Assembly (NCBI GenBank): GCA_010015585.1
Contig: ML975175.1
DNA from: Eremomyces bilateralis CBS 781.70
Lineage: Eukaryota
Strand: one strand, 5' to 3'
Length of the DNA: 35,875 bases
The notes under the pieces were generated by a model that was given only the letters and a program-made list of their open reading frames with translations, was not told the origin of the DNA and ran no database searches. How positions within the stretch are numbered: the first letter of the stretch is position 1; the number at the start of each line of letters is the position of its first letter. Both the position numbers and the translations under genes were made by a program. Below, piece by piece: positions 1 through 11,065 of the stretch.

Positions 1-591
1 GGCGGAAGATTCTGCCAAAATACCTCGATCCACCCCTCACTTGCTACTACTGGCATACTCGTGGCCGGTGTAGCAAAAGCGATAAGAAATGCGCCTACGC
101 ACACTATAACACAGGATTCTATGCCCCAGATCCAACTGGGTGCTACAGTGATAAATATGGTAGAGTTGATCCTTTCTAAACAGGCACTTCGCGTCAGTCT
201 ATCCTTATGCGCTTGCTAACATCTTCTAGCTGCCATTACCAAGTCACTCCATAAAGCCGGCCCCAAGCCAAGTCATCCAGACGTTCCGTACCCTGCACCA
301 GAACTGGCCGAGGTCCCTGACTGCAAGTGTTCATTCCGAGAGTATGTCCACCGAGCTCAAGAGATCGAGAATTATAACAGGGGGAGAGATATTGAGCTAC
401 GAGCCCGAGAGGCTCAAGTGAAAGAGAAGGAAGCGCAGCTCCAACAACGGGAGAAATTGGTAAATGAAAGGGAGCGTGACTTGTACAGTCTCTGCTCAAT
501 GGTGAAAAAAGAACTGCTGGGGCACCGGGTCTCCGTTTCTCCAATGCCCACGTCCACCTTCAACGGCGATACGGATGGCCAGGGATCATAA
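1..591 (+). CDS. CCCH zinc-finger protein with C-terminal coiled coil (5'-truncated; exons <1-159, 230-591)
   Basis: Frame starting at base 3 reads RKILPKYLDPPLTCYYWHTRGRCSKSDKKCAYAHYNTG (C-x8-C-x6-C-x3-H). Intron 160-229 (GTAGAG...GCTAAC...TAG) keeps the frame into an E/K/R/Q-rich stretch (ELRAREAQVKEKEAQLQQREKLVNERE) ending TAA 589-591. Confidence 0.75.
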
Positions 592-1046
592 GGCTGGATA
601 TCGGCTCCGTCAAGGTTGATCTTTCTACAAGTTTCATATGGAGCCTAGGCTCAGATCTAGCCAAGTCTTACCTTGCTGTGAGATTGTGGCTTGCTTGATC
701 TGACGGAGGGGCAGAAAGCAACCATGGTGGGAATGGCCCGAGATCTCAATACCCTACTCCCTAGACTTGCAATACGAACAATTATGCTCCCAATTTTCCG
801 AGAAAGGATGATGGAATGTGCATTGCGATCCATACGTAATGATACAAGAAGAAGCTGAGTGATTCATGCATATTATAGGTGAAGGGATTTTCAGTTGGCA
901 GCTGGCGACCGGCGAGGCTAGATTCTTGTCGAACTGCTAGAAGACCCAGAAATACGAGTCCAGTTGACGTCTATATATGTAGCGGATATTTGCTCACGCT
1001 GACAGCTGGTACGCTGATTTTAGGATCAATCGCGGAGGTCTTCCTT

Positions 1047-1806
1047 TCAAACTTCGATTTTACGCACTATCCGAGCAGGATTACCTGCAACAACATGTAA
1101 TTCCGGAACATCCTGATCAAATCAGCACATCAAAATGCAGGCAGAGGATTCGGTGCCCTCGGGGTAGCTCGCCATACCTTTGTCACAACACTGCCTGCAC
1201 CAACGACACAGCCACGTCCAATCCGTACACCGGGAAGAATGATAGCGTTACCACCAATCCAGCAGTCCTCGCCAATCCAGATTTCTTTCCCCAGTTCCGG
1301 TCCTTTGGTGCCGTTTCGGAGAGTCGGATCCAATGGATGTGTTCCACTATAGAAGCTGACACTTGGACCGACGAGAGTCCTCGCACCAATGGTGATGGTG
1401 CACGTATCTAGCATGGTGCAGTTGAAGTTGATAAAGACATTAGGACCGAGCTTCACATTGAATCCGTAGTCAATATTTATAGGAGTCTCTACCCAAGATT
1501 CTTCCTCAAGCAACTTCTCATCTGCTTCTGGGTTTGGGTCTCTTGGTGGTAACGGTTGCGCATCTTCCACGATTCTTTTCCCGGTCAGATGCGATCGGAC
1601 ATAAACCATCGGAGATCGGAAGAAGCACAAAGGCAATGCACTTACTCCCTCCACAGCTCCACCTGTTTGCGTCTATCAACTTCGCCTTTGTTGTTGTATC
1701 GTTCGCAAGCTTGAGCACAACGACGACGAGCTGCGACAAGTTCTGGCGTAAAGGCGTGGTACAGCTCCCCACGTAGCATTCTTTGCCTGTTCTCCGAAAT
1801 CTCCAT
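1047..1806 (-). CDS. Maltose/galactoside O-acetyltransferase family (hexapeptide-repeat) protein; exons 1806-1646, 1574-1178, 1112-1047
   Basis: MEISENRQRMLRGELYHAFTPEL N-terminus; DYGFNVKLG, HPLDP..R, IGEDCWIGGNAIILPGVRIGRGCVVGAGSVVTK/DVPELHVVAGNPAR motifs; canonical introns. Confidence 0.92.
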
Positions 1807-2922
1807 AGTGTCCGAATTGATAGCTCTTTTACTCTATTGCAAATCCGTGAAACCGTGTTTTGTAGAGTGTCGTACGGGTAGATTGTGACTTTGTGAGGGA
1901 GGAGATGGCCGATAAGCGGTTTGAAATGTGGCGCTCCATCGGACGATACCGACCAGTCGCGTAGCTGGTTCCTCTCGCGTCTTCCTTCTGAACTTCAGAC
2001 ACCAACTTAATTGATTTGAATCAGACAGGTAAATGGTAAGTCGCTTCTTCCAAGACTGACTCTACTATGAGAATAAAACTAACAGATCCAAGGAACTTGA
2101 TGATGAAATCCAGTTGCACAATTCGATACAGGAGCCGACCAATTGCCTTCAAGCGATTCGGCCGGCACTGACTGATGCATGCACAAGAACGGATATCTGA
2201 TATAGTTCCTACGCCTAGGATAATTCTCCTGCTCGGATCGGACTTAGCTACGAGGCACGAGACGTTGTAGCACGATATCCCGCGATGACGACACACTTTG
2301 GTTCCGACGCACGCTGTTGAGCTGGCAGTCTCATGCTGTCGCTCCCGCGTGCTCTCTGGGGAATCCACAACAGTAGTTTTCAATCGTAGCGGGATGCTCC
2401 GTACGTGGATATTTTCCCTTTCTATTCGCCGTCAGGCCGATTGGACAACCATGCTAATACGCATACTTAGGTCTTCCTTCGCAGCGGTTCGAGCGAGCAG
2501 GAGAATATCAACTCAAAGTCCAATGATGAGCTAGTGATAACCAAATGCCAAATCTGACGCAACCAGGAGCCCATTGGGAACCCGGTTGCGACTGATCACA
2601 CATAAAAGAAGAGATCATTATCTGAGGATTGAGATTTGACCATTCGCATTTCACTGCTGCGCCAGGCTGTGAGAGGCAGCGCCAATGGGAGTCGCCTTAG
2701 TTTGGAGAGGAACACGTGGATGGTCACCGGCTTAGATCCATTTATTCAAGGCATTCCCCTGGAGGGTTGAGGGGAAGGACAGGAATTTTCGAGGACACAG
2801 GCAAGTCGAAGTGGTTGAGAAAGTGGTGCCCTAGGCCGAAGTCACTCTTGCAGTGAAAAAGAGATGTTATTCCTCGCTAAATGCAGATACGACGCTCAAA
2901 CTCGTTGCGACATGCGGGATAC

Positions 2923-4149
2923 TCAAAACCGGGATGACGCTCTTGATGTCCTGTACATCGTAAAACCCACGTAACAACCTGCAACAACACAGCCGAACAA
3001 AAGGAACTTGAAGAACAACCCAAACCAAGATCCCCGTTTTTCCCGGTTGGCCTTGAGCGACGGCTTGGTCGATCCCTTCGGCGCACTATGTGCATCGTCT
3101 CCTGGGCCCGGAGAATACAAGTTCTTTGTGGATATGGAGATTATGTCGTGGTTATCGGCCAATTCTCCTGTCTCGGCGGAGAAGCCTAGATACGCTACGC
3201 CAGGGATCTTGACGTCGGGGATCGTGAAGCACGAAGTCCACTCATACTCATCTTTGTACTGAAGATCAAGAACCAGGTGTTTATCTTGGAGATAGGTAAG
3301 GCGAAGTTTGGTGGGGATGTTCTGGTTTCGAATACCGCGTACCTAGGCGAGTATAAGTTTCGTGAACACATTAGGCGAAGAGGTCAACATACGCTGCACC
3401 CGGCTAACTCATTCGCCTTGCCGTCATTGTGTTTATCATAGCTGGTCTGTCCATCGCCCATCATGGCCATGACATATGGGAACACGGTCCCTGGTCGATT
3501 GTTCTTGTACGTATCAAAGAAAATGCCGAGGCCGTCGAATTTGTCCATGCTACCGAAGACGGCCCCTTGCTGAGCGCGTTGTTTCGTCAACCACATGGCC
3601 ATGCCGTCGCCGTAAAGCGTGCCAGTGCCATGGATCTTAAACTCCACAACGATCTATTGTAACTCGCAGTCAGCTCGGTGAAGAGAACGTAGATTCCATA
3701 ACACGGTTCATGACTGACCTGCCAGTTGGTTGCGGTCAAGGGAACTCGAGACCACAACCATCCTGAGCGTGAAGGCAATTCTCCCGTCAGTCGGACATAT
3801 TGGTCTGTCCGCACCACAGTGTCCGCCCCAAAATCGAACCAGCGACTTTGCATTTCATTATCTAAATATGGCTGCTGTCATTAGCATTTGGACGACAAGG
3901 GAAGTCGAATTCGACATTGGACCAGGGCCGATGGAGCGAAGCTTACAGCATTCAGGCTATGGGTTCTAAGCTGGGAGAAGTTTATGTTAGCGTGTGATCA
4001 TTTGTTCGAGGGTACCGTGCATATGTTCAGGTTCTTACCTCTATTGCCCTCACATCATCCGGTATGATATTGTTATTATCGGCAGCTCGAGTTCCAAACG
4101 TCCGAAAAGACAGGAGCAATGCTGTCGATATCAAGGTGTGGAATATCAT
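2923..4149 (-). CDS. Legume-like (L-type) lectin integral membrane protein, VIP36/ERGIC-53/Emp46-47-like, multi-exon
   Basis: Signal peptide MIFHTLISTALLLSFRTFGTRA; spliced LRTHSLNA/PYLDNEMQSRWFDFG; YGDGMAMWLT, GLGIFFDTYKN lectin motifs; C-terminal TM helix and short cytosolic tail ending SSRF. Confidence 0.92.
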
Positions 4150-4694
4150 ATCGCATGAGCTTCTGGTCGCTGGATGTTCCCTGGGTTGCCGAGATTGCCG
4201 GTCTCTTGGTCTGGGACAAGGCAGGCCAAGAATTGGAGGGTATATATAGGAATTGGGAGGGATCCTTGCTTGTAGTTGGAGAGACGATAGAGCAACTCAT
4301 CAACACACCGATGATGATCCAACGTGAAGTGGCATCTTTGGTGGAACTCGACCGTCCAGGTGTATGTGGATGTTACAGGGATAGTACTGGTGCCTGACAA
4401 AATTAATGTGGCGCCTTAAGGCCTCAGGCTGTCAGGTATTGAAGGGATCTTACAATTCATTCATCATCACAGCAAATGTTCCGTTCAGATGCCACTCATG
4501 CCAGGACATATAAACCTAATTCAATTCATCCTCCGCATCCCCTAATACTTCCTTCGCCAGCATCATTTAGAAAGTCCCATAGATGTAAGTTTCCCTTCCC
4601 TACGCCGAGGTAGCTGTATGTACTCCGTAAATGTCCACCCGCTTACACACTGAACCAGACTTTCCGCCGACACATTCAAGCACTTTTCAACACC

Positions 4695-5017
4695 ATGGAC
4701 TCCTTCTCCGGTACTCCATCTTCATCAGACCCGAAAGCCGCCCTCATCACACAAGTCCGCCAGGAGTCCGCTTTGTCCAATGCCAGACAACTCGTCGAGG
4801 TCCGATTCCCTTCTTCCGGTCGTTGACACCGCAGTCTAATGAGTTGCAGAAAGTGAACGAGCACTGCTTCGAGAGATGCGTTCCGAAACCATCCACATCA
4901 TTGAGTAGCGGCGAGACATCCTGCTATAGCGCCTGCATGGAGAAGTATATGGCTGCCTGGAACGTCGTGAGCAAAAGCTACATCACGAAGCTCCAGCGTG
5001 AGCCCTCAATGTCATAG
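4695..5017 (+). CDS. TIM13: Mitochondrial intermembrane-space small Tim chaperone; exons 4695-4799, 4850-5017
   Basis: QVRQESALSNARQLVE/KVNEHCFERCVPKP...ETSCYSACMEKYMAAWNVVS twin CX3C motif typical of Tim13. Confidence 0.93.
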
Positions 5018-5329
5018 GGAACATCTTATGAGATTCCGCCCTTGGTTGGATATGTATAGCGACGGGGACTCGCTTGGATTTTCTTCATGGTTTGCAAACG
5101 GCAGGCTCTAGAGGGACAAGGGAAGGCTAGACTTGATCAATGCTTGTCGGCGTTTATACGCCAAGGAGTATACATGTAACATTGCTGTACAATATGACCC
5201 GATTCCTCCGGACAGGACCCGGGCTATGGGGCTCGGACGAAATGAAGAACTCCGCGCTATGCGATAAACAGTCACCCTTCGTCTGTGTGCTACTACTTCC
5301 AGAAGACCGAGATCCGGGTCTGGAATCCC

Positions 5330-6304
5330 CTATTTTTTCACAAACGCTTTCTGCCGGTCCGCATATTCCCGAACCATGATTTCGCACTGCATGTCACCAC
5401 AGAGCCGCTTCCGTCGGTTCAAAGGCAGTTTCTCGGCAAACTCCAGGCCGCTCGCTTTCTCGACCATCTCCAAGGGCACCTCAAACTCCTTCAAACTTCG
5501 ATCGTTCGCAATGCGAGCATTCGGAAGCACGAAAGCGCCAACGGCGACGTTTCCCCCTACCTTCCCATCTTCCGCAAAAATAACTTTAAAGAAATGCGTG
5601 GGCACAGCCACATTGGGCGGCGATCCCACCACTTCGTAGCTGACCCTCCATTTCCCATCAGGTTCTTTTCGAGGCAGGTAGAGGGGTCCCGTGACGATTC
5701 GTACGCTTGGATATTTGTGCGTGAGACGCCGACAGAAATCTTCGAAATGCGCCCAGTAATCGCGATTGAAGCCGTCTCCAACCTGTGGACACATATTGCT
5801 TAGCAAGAATGTCTCGTTCATCGCCTGCTGGCTCCATTTCGCATCCGCGGCGGGAACCTGGTGGCCACGATCGTATCCGCTGCGGAAGTAGTCGCTCAAC
5901 TTCGCCCGAAACTTCTCAGGAATTCCGTCATCTTCGGCAAATGAGCTGTGCTTCCGGTTGCCGTCGCGCCCGGCTAGGGAAGCCGGAGTGATATGTTCAG
6001 CCACCCAGTGCGGATTGCGGGTGCGGCGGTCGAAGGAGGAGACAAGGGCGAGAGAGGGTCGCAGGTCCGCCGTAGGCCCGGGGAATCCATAGTTAAATAT
6101 GCCGGAGGGATCGACGGGGGCTGCAAGGACGCCTTGGGCTGAGATCGGGACTGGATTCGGTGCGCTGGTGGTGGAGGGCGTGGTGATGGTGGTCGTCGTG
6201 AGCGATAGGGATGTCGGTTCCTCCTTTCGACGCGTGAAGGCGGCAGTGACAGCAGCTCCAGCTCCAGCGCCAATGACGAGGGCTGCTACTGTGATCTTTG
6301 CCAT
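5330..6304 (-). CDS. NUC1: Mitochondrial sugar-non-specific nuclease (EndoG orthologue), intronless
   Basis: SGYDRGHQVPAAD active-site motif, TFLLSNMCPQVG.GFNRDYWAHFE, VAVPTHFFKV; ATG at 6304 (MAKITVAAL). Confidence 0.95.
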   Translation of the reverse strand: MAKITVAALVIGAGAGAAVTAAFTRRKEEPTSLSLTTTTITTPSTTSAPNPVPISAQGVLAAPVDPSGIFNYGFPGPTADLRPSLALVSSFDRRTRNPHWVAEHITPASLAGRDGNRKHSSFAEDDGIPEKFRAKLSDYFRSGYDRGHQVPAADAKWSQQAMNETFLLSNMCPQVGDGFNRDYWAHFEDFCRRLTHKYPSVRIVTGPLYLPRKEPDGKWRVSYEVVGSPPNVAVPTHFFKVIFAEDGKVGGNVAVGAFVLPNARIANDRSLKEFEVPLEMVEKASGLEFAEKLPLNRRKRLCGDMQCEIMVREYADRQKAFVKK

Positions 6305-6481
6305 GATTGATAGAACTGTCACTTGAACGGCAGACTGTCTCCTTTTTTCGTGGTCAAGACATCAGGAATTGCCGTGCCGGGCAGGATGCAATGGACGGTC
6401 ATCTGCAAAGACCTCATGATTTCCTAGTCCCTGCCCACGTGCGAGCCTAAGAGCCTGAGGCTTGTGTTGGAAGTTTACATA

Positions 6482-8293
6482 AGTTCGAACCCCTGCCTGT
6501 TGGCCAACCACCTACTTGGCCAGTATCACCATCTTAGCCACCATCATGAAAACCGTGACATCTCTACCACCACGTAATTATATTGAAAATTCAAACCATA
6601 GGACTATTGTACAGCATCTTGGGGAGCGTCTGGTATAGTTTCAGCCACGGGAATACTCTGTTCTAGTATAGTATTTGCCTCCAGAAGCCGTACAGCCTCT
6701 TGCGCTACTTTGATCTCTTTAATCTGTGCGAACTTAACATTGGGATCTATCCGAACCTTCTTCTTGCGTTTTGGGGCTGAGGCGGCATCTAGACGGGCCT
6801 GGAGACTCGCAATTTTCAGATCTGATGCAGCCTGACGCGCCTGTAGCACTCCGATTGCCTTGGCTGCCTTCCCTATGTAGGCCTTCGTCCACTTCGTCAC
6901 GCGTGTGTTCTTGCTAAGAACGCGCAATGCACTTTGTATTTGTTTGGGCTTGTAGGGCGTCGTCTGGAGGACCGAGGCGACTAGTATTGGGGTGCGTGGA
7001 GGCGTGTTTGGTCGTGGAATTGAGGATGCGGTTTCGGTATGCGTGGGCGGTACCACGAACCGGTTATTGAGACCTTTTGACGGGTCCCACGGTATAAGAC
7101 CTGCAGCCTTCCACCCTGATCTGATTGTACGGTCAATTAGGCGTGCCCGACGCGCCTCAGCATAGAGGACAATGAATCTTCGTCGTTTAATCGGTAGCGC
7201 CTCGTCGATATACGCGCTTTGGCGGAGGAGGGCCTTGTAGAAGCGTTTCAGAGGTGAAAAACAGGCGAGATCGAGAGGCTGAAGGATGTGGGAGGTATGC
7301 GCAGGTAGGAAGACCACAATCACGTCATTTATCCTGCATTCGTATAGGAAATCGACGGTTGCGTGGCTTCCGTGCCCGTCCATGAGTAGGATCCTGTACC
7401 GTCGCTCTGTAGCGGTTTCAGGGAGGAAAACTGTACGAAGCCACACCAACGCGTGTTGATCTGAAGTCCAGCCGTTTGGTGATACCGCATAATGGAAGTC
7501 TGGAGGTTGTTCAGGGAACCAAGCAGCTTGTAGGGACGCGCCTTTCTGGATAATGGTTGGTTTGATATAGCGACCGGTCGCAGAGACTGATTCTATGATA
7601 GAACACCATTCCCGGTTCTCAGGACTCGTGATATAAGCTGTCGACTTCTGCGAGTCTGCGATGACAGTAGAATTAGCACATATTCCCATTCCAACACCGA
7701 CTTCATCCATATTCCATGTATCGGAAGGGTGGACATCGTACTGTGTCTGAACTTGGTGAAAATACGCGTAAAACCCATTGATTGTATCCTGGGTTGCAGC
7801 CTGACGTCGTACGACATCTAGACTATGCCCAACACACGTCGCAACGCGTGGATTTCGATGTAGAAATCGTGGTATCCAATTCTTCCCAAGGGGTGTAGAA
7901 TCACCCTGAAGCTCTAGAACTCGCGCGGCCATTTCACGCAGACGTGCGTGGGTAGGGGGGAATCCTTGAGCGTCACTCTCAAGTATCCAGTCGACTAAAA
8001 ACCTCTCTTGCACCGGTGTAAGGCGTTGGTTCGATTGTTGAGCTGTAGAGCGCGATTGCATGCCCTTGAGGCGGTTTTGAAGCGTAGCTCGATTGACCTT
8101 GAATAGGGCCGCAGCTTCATTTTGTGATTTGCATTGACCGGTCTCTACGGCATGGATAGCCTGTAGGAGTACCTCCTCTGAATTTGACATCGTAATACGA
8201 TATGGTGGTTGAGATATTACGCGTTTGGTGATGGTGGTGAAGATGGTGATACTGGCCAAGTAGGTGGTTGGCCAACAGGCAGGGGTTCGAACT
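6482..8293 (-). mobile_element. Fot1/Pot2-like (pogo, Tc1/mariner superfamily) DNA transposon, 1812 bp, apparently intact
   Basis: Perfect 54-bp TIRs AGTTCGAACCCCTGCCTGTTGGCCAACCACCTACTTGGCCAGTATCACCATCTT at 6482-6535 and 8240-8293; TA target duplication at 6480-6481 and 8294-8295; encloses a transposase ORF. Confidence 0.96.
6604..8190 (-). CDS. DDE_1 (DD35D) transposase with N-terminal HTH-psq and CENP-B-type HTH
   Basis: 528-aa uninterrupted ORF from MSNSEE; catalytic motifs WNMDEVG, LLMDGHGSH, QPLDLACFSPLK with 35 residues between 2nd and 3rd Asp; basic NLS-like PKRKKK. Confidence 0.95.
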   Translation of the reverse strand: MSNSEEVLLQAIHAVETGQCKSQNEAAALFKVNRATLQNRLKGMQSRSTAQQSNQRLTPVQERFLVDWILESDAQGFPPTHARLREMAARVLELQGDSTPLGKNWIPRFLHRNPRVATCVGHSLDVVRRQAATQDTINGFYAYFHQVQTQYDVHPSDTWNMDEVGVGMGICANSTVIADSQKSTAYITSPENREWCSIIESVSATGRYIKPTIIQKGASLQAAWFPEQPPDFHYAVSPNGWTSDQHALVWLRTVFLPETATERRYRILLMDGHGSHATVDFLYECRINDVIVVFLPAHTSHILQPLDLACFSPLKRFYKALLRQSAYIDEALPIKRRRFIVLYAEARRARLIDRTIRSGWKAAGLIPWDPSKGLNNRFVVPPTHTETASSIPRPNTPPRTPILVASVLQTTPYKPKQIQSALRVLSKNTRVTKWTKAYIGKAAKAIGVLQARQAASDLKIASLQARLDAASAPKRKKKVRIDPNVKFAQIKEIKVAQEAVRLLEANTILEQSIPVAETIPDAPQDAVQ

Positions 8294-8533
8294 TATAGCC
8301 TCAACTTATTAGCCAGGTTTAGTAAGGCGTTGCCCAAGCCGCACTTTAATGATGCACGTGTCCAGCTCATGAATCGTTCCAAGTGGTTTGACTGAAATTG
8401 ATTCTGGATTGTGAAATGAGGATTTCATCGATCTATATAACTGGCTTGAATGCATTCCAACTCCAAATCGCAGAGATATGGGAACAAGTTCTGCTTTTCT
8501 ACATGTTCATACGAGCCATACGCTCACGTCCAT

Positions 8534-10196
8534 CTATTTTCCTTCAACCTCCTTCAAGAGACCAGCCAAGTTGATGCTCTTGGGTCGCTCGATAGGGAGG
8601 CCAAGAGCACGATCCCAGATCAACTGTGCCAGAGGTCCAAGACCACGGCTGACACCGAAAGTTGCCGTGTAGTACAGAGTCTCGGTGAACCCGTAGTGGT
8701 GGAAGAGCACGCCGGACGAGGAGTCGACATTGGGGTATGGGTTCTTGGTCTGTCCGATACGTTAGTCATTTTCGTTGCATCCCTCCGTGAATGTTTCTCG
8801 TACCTTTCCATGCTCCGTCAACACGCCCGGGGCAATCTCCGAGTTCTTCTTGACTAGCTGGAACACCGGGTTCTCCGAGATCTCAGGTCGTGCGTTGGCA
8901 AAGTCCATGAGGGCCTCGAATCGCGGGTCCGGCTTCCGCAGCACGGCGTGTCCGTATCCAGGAACGACACGTCCAGACTTGAGCGTGCTCCACAGGTAGT
9001 CCTTCACCTCCTGGTCGGTATAGCTGGTGCCAATCTTGTCCTTCATCTGGATGATCCATCGCAGGACCTCCTGGGCAGCCAATCCGTGGAGTGGTCCAGC
9101 AAGGCCCTGAAGACCGGCGCTGTAGCTCAGGAAGGCATCGCTAAGTGCGCTACCGACGAGATGCGTGGCGTGGGCGGACACATTGCCTCCCTCATGATCG
9201 CCGTGGAGCGCCAAATAGAGACGGAGAAGATCCTGGAAGCCCTCGTTCTCCTTGCCGGACTTGCCCAGCATGGCAGCGAAGTTGTAGGACCAATCCTGGG
9301 TGAGGTCGACCTCGGCAGGGAGAGCGCCACCTCCACGGTAGGCGTTCTGGTAGATCTTCGCGGCAATGGTTGGCAGCTTGGCAAGGAGGCTGATGCAGTC
9401 ATCGAAGGTCGGCTCCCAGTAGTCGGCCTTGTTCAAACCCTTCTCATACGCCTTCGCGAAAACAGAGGTGTGGTTGAGAGCGGAGACGGCGCAGGCAAAC
9501 TGGGTCATCGGGTGCAAGTCCTTGGGGAAAGCATCCAGCATCTCGGTGACATACTTGGGAAGCTGGGCTTGCTCGGCCAGAGTGCGGGAGAGTTTACGGA
9601 CTTGGGAAGTCGTGGGAACCTCACCAGTCAACAGCAGCCAAAACATGGCTTCGGGGAGCATCTCCGTCCCTGAGGTGCCCTTGGGAAGTTCGCGCTGGCA
9701 GTCCTTGATGGTCTTGCCATGGAAACGGATGCCCTCATTGGCATCGAGGACGGATCCTTCCCAGATCATGGCTTTAAGACCACTGTGGTATCGTTAGAAT
9801 GCGATAGGGAACCCTATAGTTATTGGCGAGCATACCGCATGCCTCCCAAGGTGTTTTCGACCTTGACCTCACCGATCTTCTTATCGGAATGGGCCTTCAC
9901 CTTCTTGAGCAGCTCCCGCTTCTCAGGGATAACCCTCTTCAATGTCTCCTTGAGATCCTGCTCAGCGGTAGCATAGCTGCGGCGGCCTTCGGCAAACGAT
10001 GCTATTTTCCTTTATTTAGCCAATGCTCTTGGAGTGTAAACAAAGAAAAGGAAATAGAAAGCTTACCGGGAGCGGATTGCTTGACACCCAATGGCTACAT
10101 ATTTCCATCAGACTTTCTGTCCATCAAGATAGGAATTTCGATACGTACCCGAATGGCCCGCAGGGCTCTTGTGGCAGACCGGGCGTTCATAGCCAT
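8534..10196 (-). CDS. mcsA: 2-methylcitrate synthase (mitochondrial citrate synthase family), 5 exons
   Basis: Presequence [61 protein letters not shown]; head-to-head with methylisocitrate lyase, supporting methylcitrate rather than canonical citrate synthase. Confidence 0.88.
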
Positions 10197-11065
10197 GTTT
10201 GCTAATGCAATGGGATGGAGGGTTGACGATGCGGGGATGAAGATGTCTCTGCTTGAAGCTCCCCTGATTCTAGGAGAAGTTCCAAGTGCAAAATCGATCA
10301 ATTGGACAATTAAAAAGGATGAAGGCTAATATCGCAATGGCGGAGGAGAACAAAGGCGGGAGGCGGGAGAGAGAAAGTAGAAAAGTGCTGGTGGTGATGC
10401 ACGACGACGGCTGCCCTCGGTTCAAAAGATTCCCGTGCAGCGAGAGACCGAGATGCAAGTAAGAGGTAACTCCCGCGTTTAAGCTTGATACGGAAGTAGA
10501 ACCTTATTCCCGGGCATTATTCTTGCCTCTTGCCGGTCTTGGTTGCTTTGGGGAACGCAGGCGACTAGTACCTGTTCACGTCTCCATCCTCCGTCCAGAT
10601 CAGCGGGACTTGTCGGCTATGCTAATTCCGCTGACCCGTCCTCCGACCTCGCTCTAACTTCTTCAATTCCTTCCTCGCATATGACTGTGATGTTGACGGA
10701 TGCAATTATTGGCTGCTGACTGAGGGGGAATACTCCGTTGGGTTTCTAATCTGAAGTTCGTTGTCCGCGGTTGTAAATGTGGTGGCGACATCATCGTGGC
10801 GAAGAACTCGACTATTGAAACATCTACTTTCGCTATCTCGCACGCCCGATATATTTATTATAAGCATCCCGATCCCGGAATACAGACTCATCCACTAAAT
10901 ATCATATCCTTTCCAGTCCGTGGCATTCCATCCCTGCCACCGGTGGTAGTCTACAAGTACTGGTGAAGTCAACAAGGGAAGAGCTTGGGGTTGATATAGG
11001 GATTGACTGCAGAGAAAGCCGATAGCACCAAACGTCTGCTTTGTCTCATCTCATCTCATCTCATC

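Noticed and set aside
2021..2534. Short ORFs and an intron-like GTATGC...CTGAC...TAG on the minus strand between the acetyltransferase and lectin genes
   Set aside because: No coherent protein could be assembled; may be UTR or non-coding transcript but unsupported.
8284..8292. GGTTCGAAC resembling a tRNA T-loop/B box
   Set aside because: It is the transposon TIR end; no cloverleaf around it.
8948..9673. 241-aa antisense ORF in mcsA (similar ones in NUC1, mclA, SUB2)
   Set aside because: Codon-aligned antisense shadows caused by C/G third-position bias.
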